A program made the translations under genes and the position numbers. This document shows positions 26,318-27,805 of a stretch of 27,805 nucleotides of DNA, piece after piece. The stretch lies in NCBI GenBank assembly GCA_048938295.1, contig JBHLMI010000029.1:1-27805 (forward strand). Direction: 5' to 3'. The first letter of the stretch is position 1, and every line of letters begins with the position of its first letter. The notes beneath the pieces were generated by a model. The model saw only the letters and a list, made by a program, of their open reading frames with translations. It did no database searches and was not told where the DNA came from. This DNA comes from Promethearchaeota archaeon. Lineage in GTDB: Archaea; Asgardarchaeota; Hermodarchaeia; Hermodarchaeales; Hermodarchaeaceae.

Positions 26318-27805
26318 CTATTTTATCCTTCCTTTCTTTTCAAATTTCTTTGCTACCGTTTCAAAATCTTCGTGAAACGCTGTTTCCTTTGTTATTCTTT
26401 TACGCACTTGAATGAATACCGGAAAACGAGTAGCTTGCCCGACCACCAAGGCTTCTCCCACGCTGAGGCTCGATATTGATGTGAGGGTCGCCTTCGTGAT
26501 TTTTTCAGATGTGGCACGAATATGGTCGAGGTCATAGGGATTAGAAATTCGAAGAAAAATATTGGTTCCACACTGTGAAAGGACTGTTGTCGAAAGCCGA
26601 ACGGGCCGCTGCGAAATAATGCACAACGACAGATTGTATTTACGCCCCTCTCGGGCTATGGTTTCAAGGATTCCCTTTGAATAAGCTAACGCCCGACGTG
26701 CTTCCGGACAGTTGCCCGTGATAAAAGGCCTTCCATTTCTTCTGGCAACAAATGATCCATTTTTGATAGTTATGTCCCATACTTTTCCTACGTAGTTCTC
26801 TCTTGCAATTCTCCTTACATAAGCAAATTTCCGTTTAAACGAGACTAATACCTTGAATTGATTATTTTGTGGCACATGCTTTTTTATTGCTGATAATCCT
26901 AGTCGAAAACATAATTCTTGAAAATCATCAGCGATTTCTTCGTTGTGACCTGCATAGAATGTGATATACCTGTATCCACCCTTGCTATATGTGATATTTC
27001 CATTTCCTTGAACCAATGCATCGAAAAGAATTTTGAGCTGTGATAAAGATGCTTGTTCAAGAAGAATTCTGGGTATTCTATGTGGTTTCTTTTTGAGCCA
27101 AGAGTCGATTTCCTTCGATGCTTTACTTTTGAAATAGAAGTTATTTTCTCTAGTTCGTTTGAATATTTCATCCGGTCTATCGCGCTTATAGATGCTAATA
27201 TCTGGAAATCTTCGCTTGATAACAGTGGTCATCTCAGTTAGTATCTTCTTTTTCGCTTCTGATTGTGATATTTCGTAATTGAAATATTTCTTGTCCTCAA
27301 AATAATGTATGTAACCATCGGTAATTATCCAACTAAGAATTTTGAGTAAATCATCATCAATATCGCATTGCCCCTCTGATTCTATCTTAGTTATCAGGGG
27401 TATTCTTGAAGTACTTGGAAGACTTTCTGCATGTATAAATCGTAAACCAGACCAACACCATTTACGATCACGACCGGTTGTCCGAATATTGCAAAGGACA
27501 CGATGATCCTCTGTTACTAGAGCATCAATGCTCTTTTCGTTAGCTAGTTTTATCAATTCACCGTCATGATTTCGGACAATTATTCTTTCGATTTCGTTTA
27601 ATTCCATTTTTTCAGATTCAGTGTTATAAGAATATGCAAATTCTCCGATTTTTAGATCAGTATATTTCTTCCACCCCTCTTTAGTTAATATCTCGGTATC
27701 TTCACTCAAACAGAATTGGTGTGTTTCTTCGAGGAACACAATTGTGGGAGGGATTGTTCCGTCGCGTCTTAGGTCAAACAAATATCGGAGAACAGCATCG
27801 ACGAT
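26318..27805 (-). CDS. HerA/FtsK-superfamily ATPase (C-terminal part, 5' end outside the window), intein-containing
   Basis: Extein reads IVFLEETHQF|CPEARR...ILETIAREGRKY...IISQRP..LSTTVLSQC.T..FLRISNP.D. The frame is open to the window edge. Confidence 0.88.
   Translation of the reverse strand: MVDAVLRYLFDLRRDGTIPPTIVFLEETHQFCLSEDTEILTKEGWKKYTDLKIGEFAYSYNTESEKMELNEIERIIVRNHDGELIKLANEKSIDALVTEDHRVLCNIRTTGRDRKWCWSGLRFIHAESLPSTSRIPLITKIESEGQCDIDDDLLKILSWIITDGYIHYFEDKKYFNYEISQSEAKKKILTEMTTVIKRRFPDISIYKRDRPDEIFKRTRENNFYFKSKASKEIDSWLKKKPHRIPRILLEQASLSQLKILFDALVQGNGNITYSKGGYRYITFYAGHNEEIADDFQELCFRLGLSAIKKHVPQNNQFKVLVSFKRKFAYVRRIARENYVGKVWDITIKNGSFVARRNGRPFITGNCPEARRALAYSKGILETIAREGRKYNLSLCIISQRPVRLSTTVLSQCGTNIFLRISNPYDLDHIRATSEKITKATLTSISSLSVGEALVVGQATRFPVFIQVRKRITKETAFHEDFETVAKKFEKKGRIK
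26711..27712 (-). mobile_element. Intein (334 aa) with LAGLIDADG-type homing endonuclease domain
   Basis: Starts CLSEDTEIL (block A). Block B is LVTEDHRV. LAGLIDADG-like blocks ILSWIITDGYI and LFDALVQGNGNI. Ends VWDITI....FVA.....ITGN, followed by extein Cys+1. Confidence 0.92.

Noticed and set aside
529-27241. Short alternative-frame or antisense ORFs in the track (e.g. 529-732, 719-988, 6128-6340, 13791-14159, 16793-17095, 18043-18300, 19966-20310, 20687-21082, 24794-25147, 26899-27171)
   Set aside because: They lie within or antisense to well-supported genes and have no recognisable motifs (shadow ORFs).
1-27805. CRISPR arrays, rRNA, IS elements
   Set aside because: No regularly spaced repeats, rRNA-like sequence or transposase motifs were seen.

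Overview
A gene-dense archaeal chromosomal window, most likely from an Asgard archaeon. This is inferred from a Rab-like small GTPase and an EMC6-like membrane protein sitting among typical archaeal genes: fae-hps, iorAB, class I CCA-adding enzyme, Rqc2/NFACT, KaiC-like ATPase, prepilin peptidase, RIO2, Sm, NucS, IleRS and HerA. The main result is a protein-coding gene that appears to carry a tRNA-type intron. The Rab-like GTPase gene (minus strand, 22433-22978) is interrupted in switch I by a 30-nt hairpin insert (22827-22856) containing an in-frame TAA. The insert folds into a canonical bulge-helix-bulge (BHB) motif. Cutting at the canonical BHB positions restores ...ESYIMT-VGTSF... and a complete 171-aa GTPase with its conserved G2 Thr. 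About 3 kb away, directly after ileS, lies a tRNA-Ile with the rare archaeal UAU anticodon, two BHB introns (29/30 and 37/38) and an A19-U56 elbow pair in place of G19-C56. The partial HerA-like ATPase at the right edge contains a 334-aa LAGLIDADG intein just after Walker B. All structures were derived by hand and no database searches or folding programs were run.
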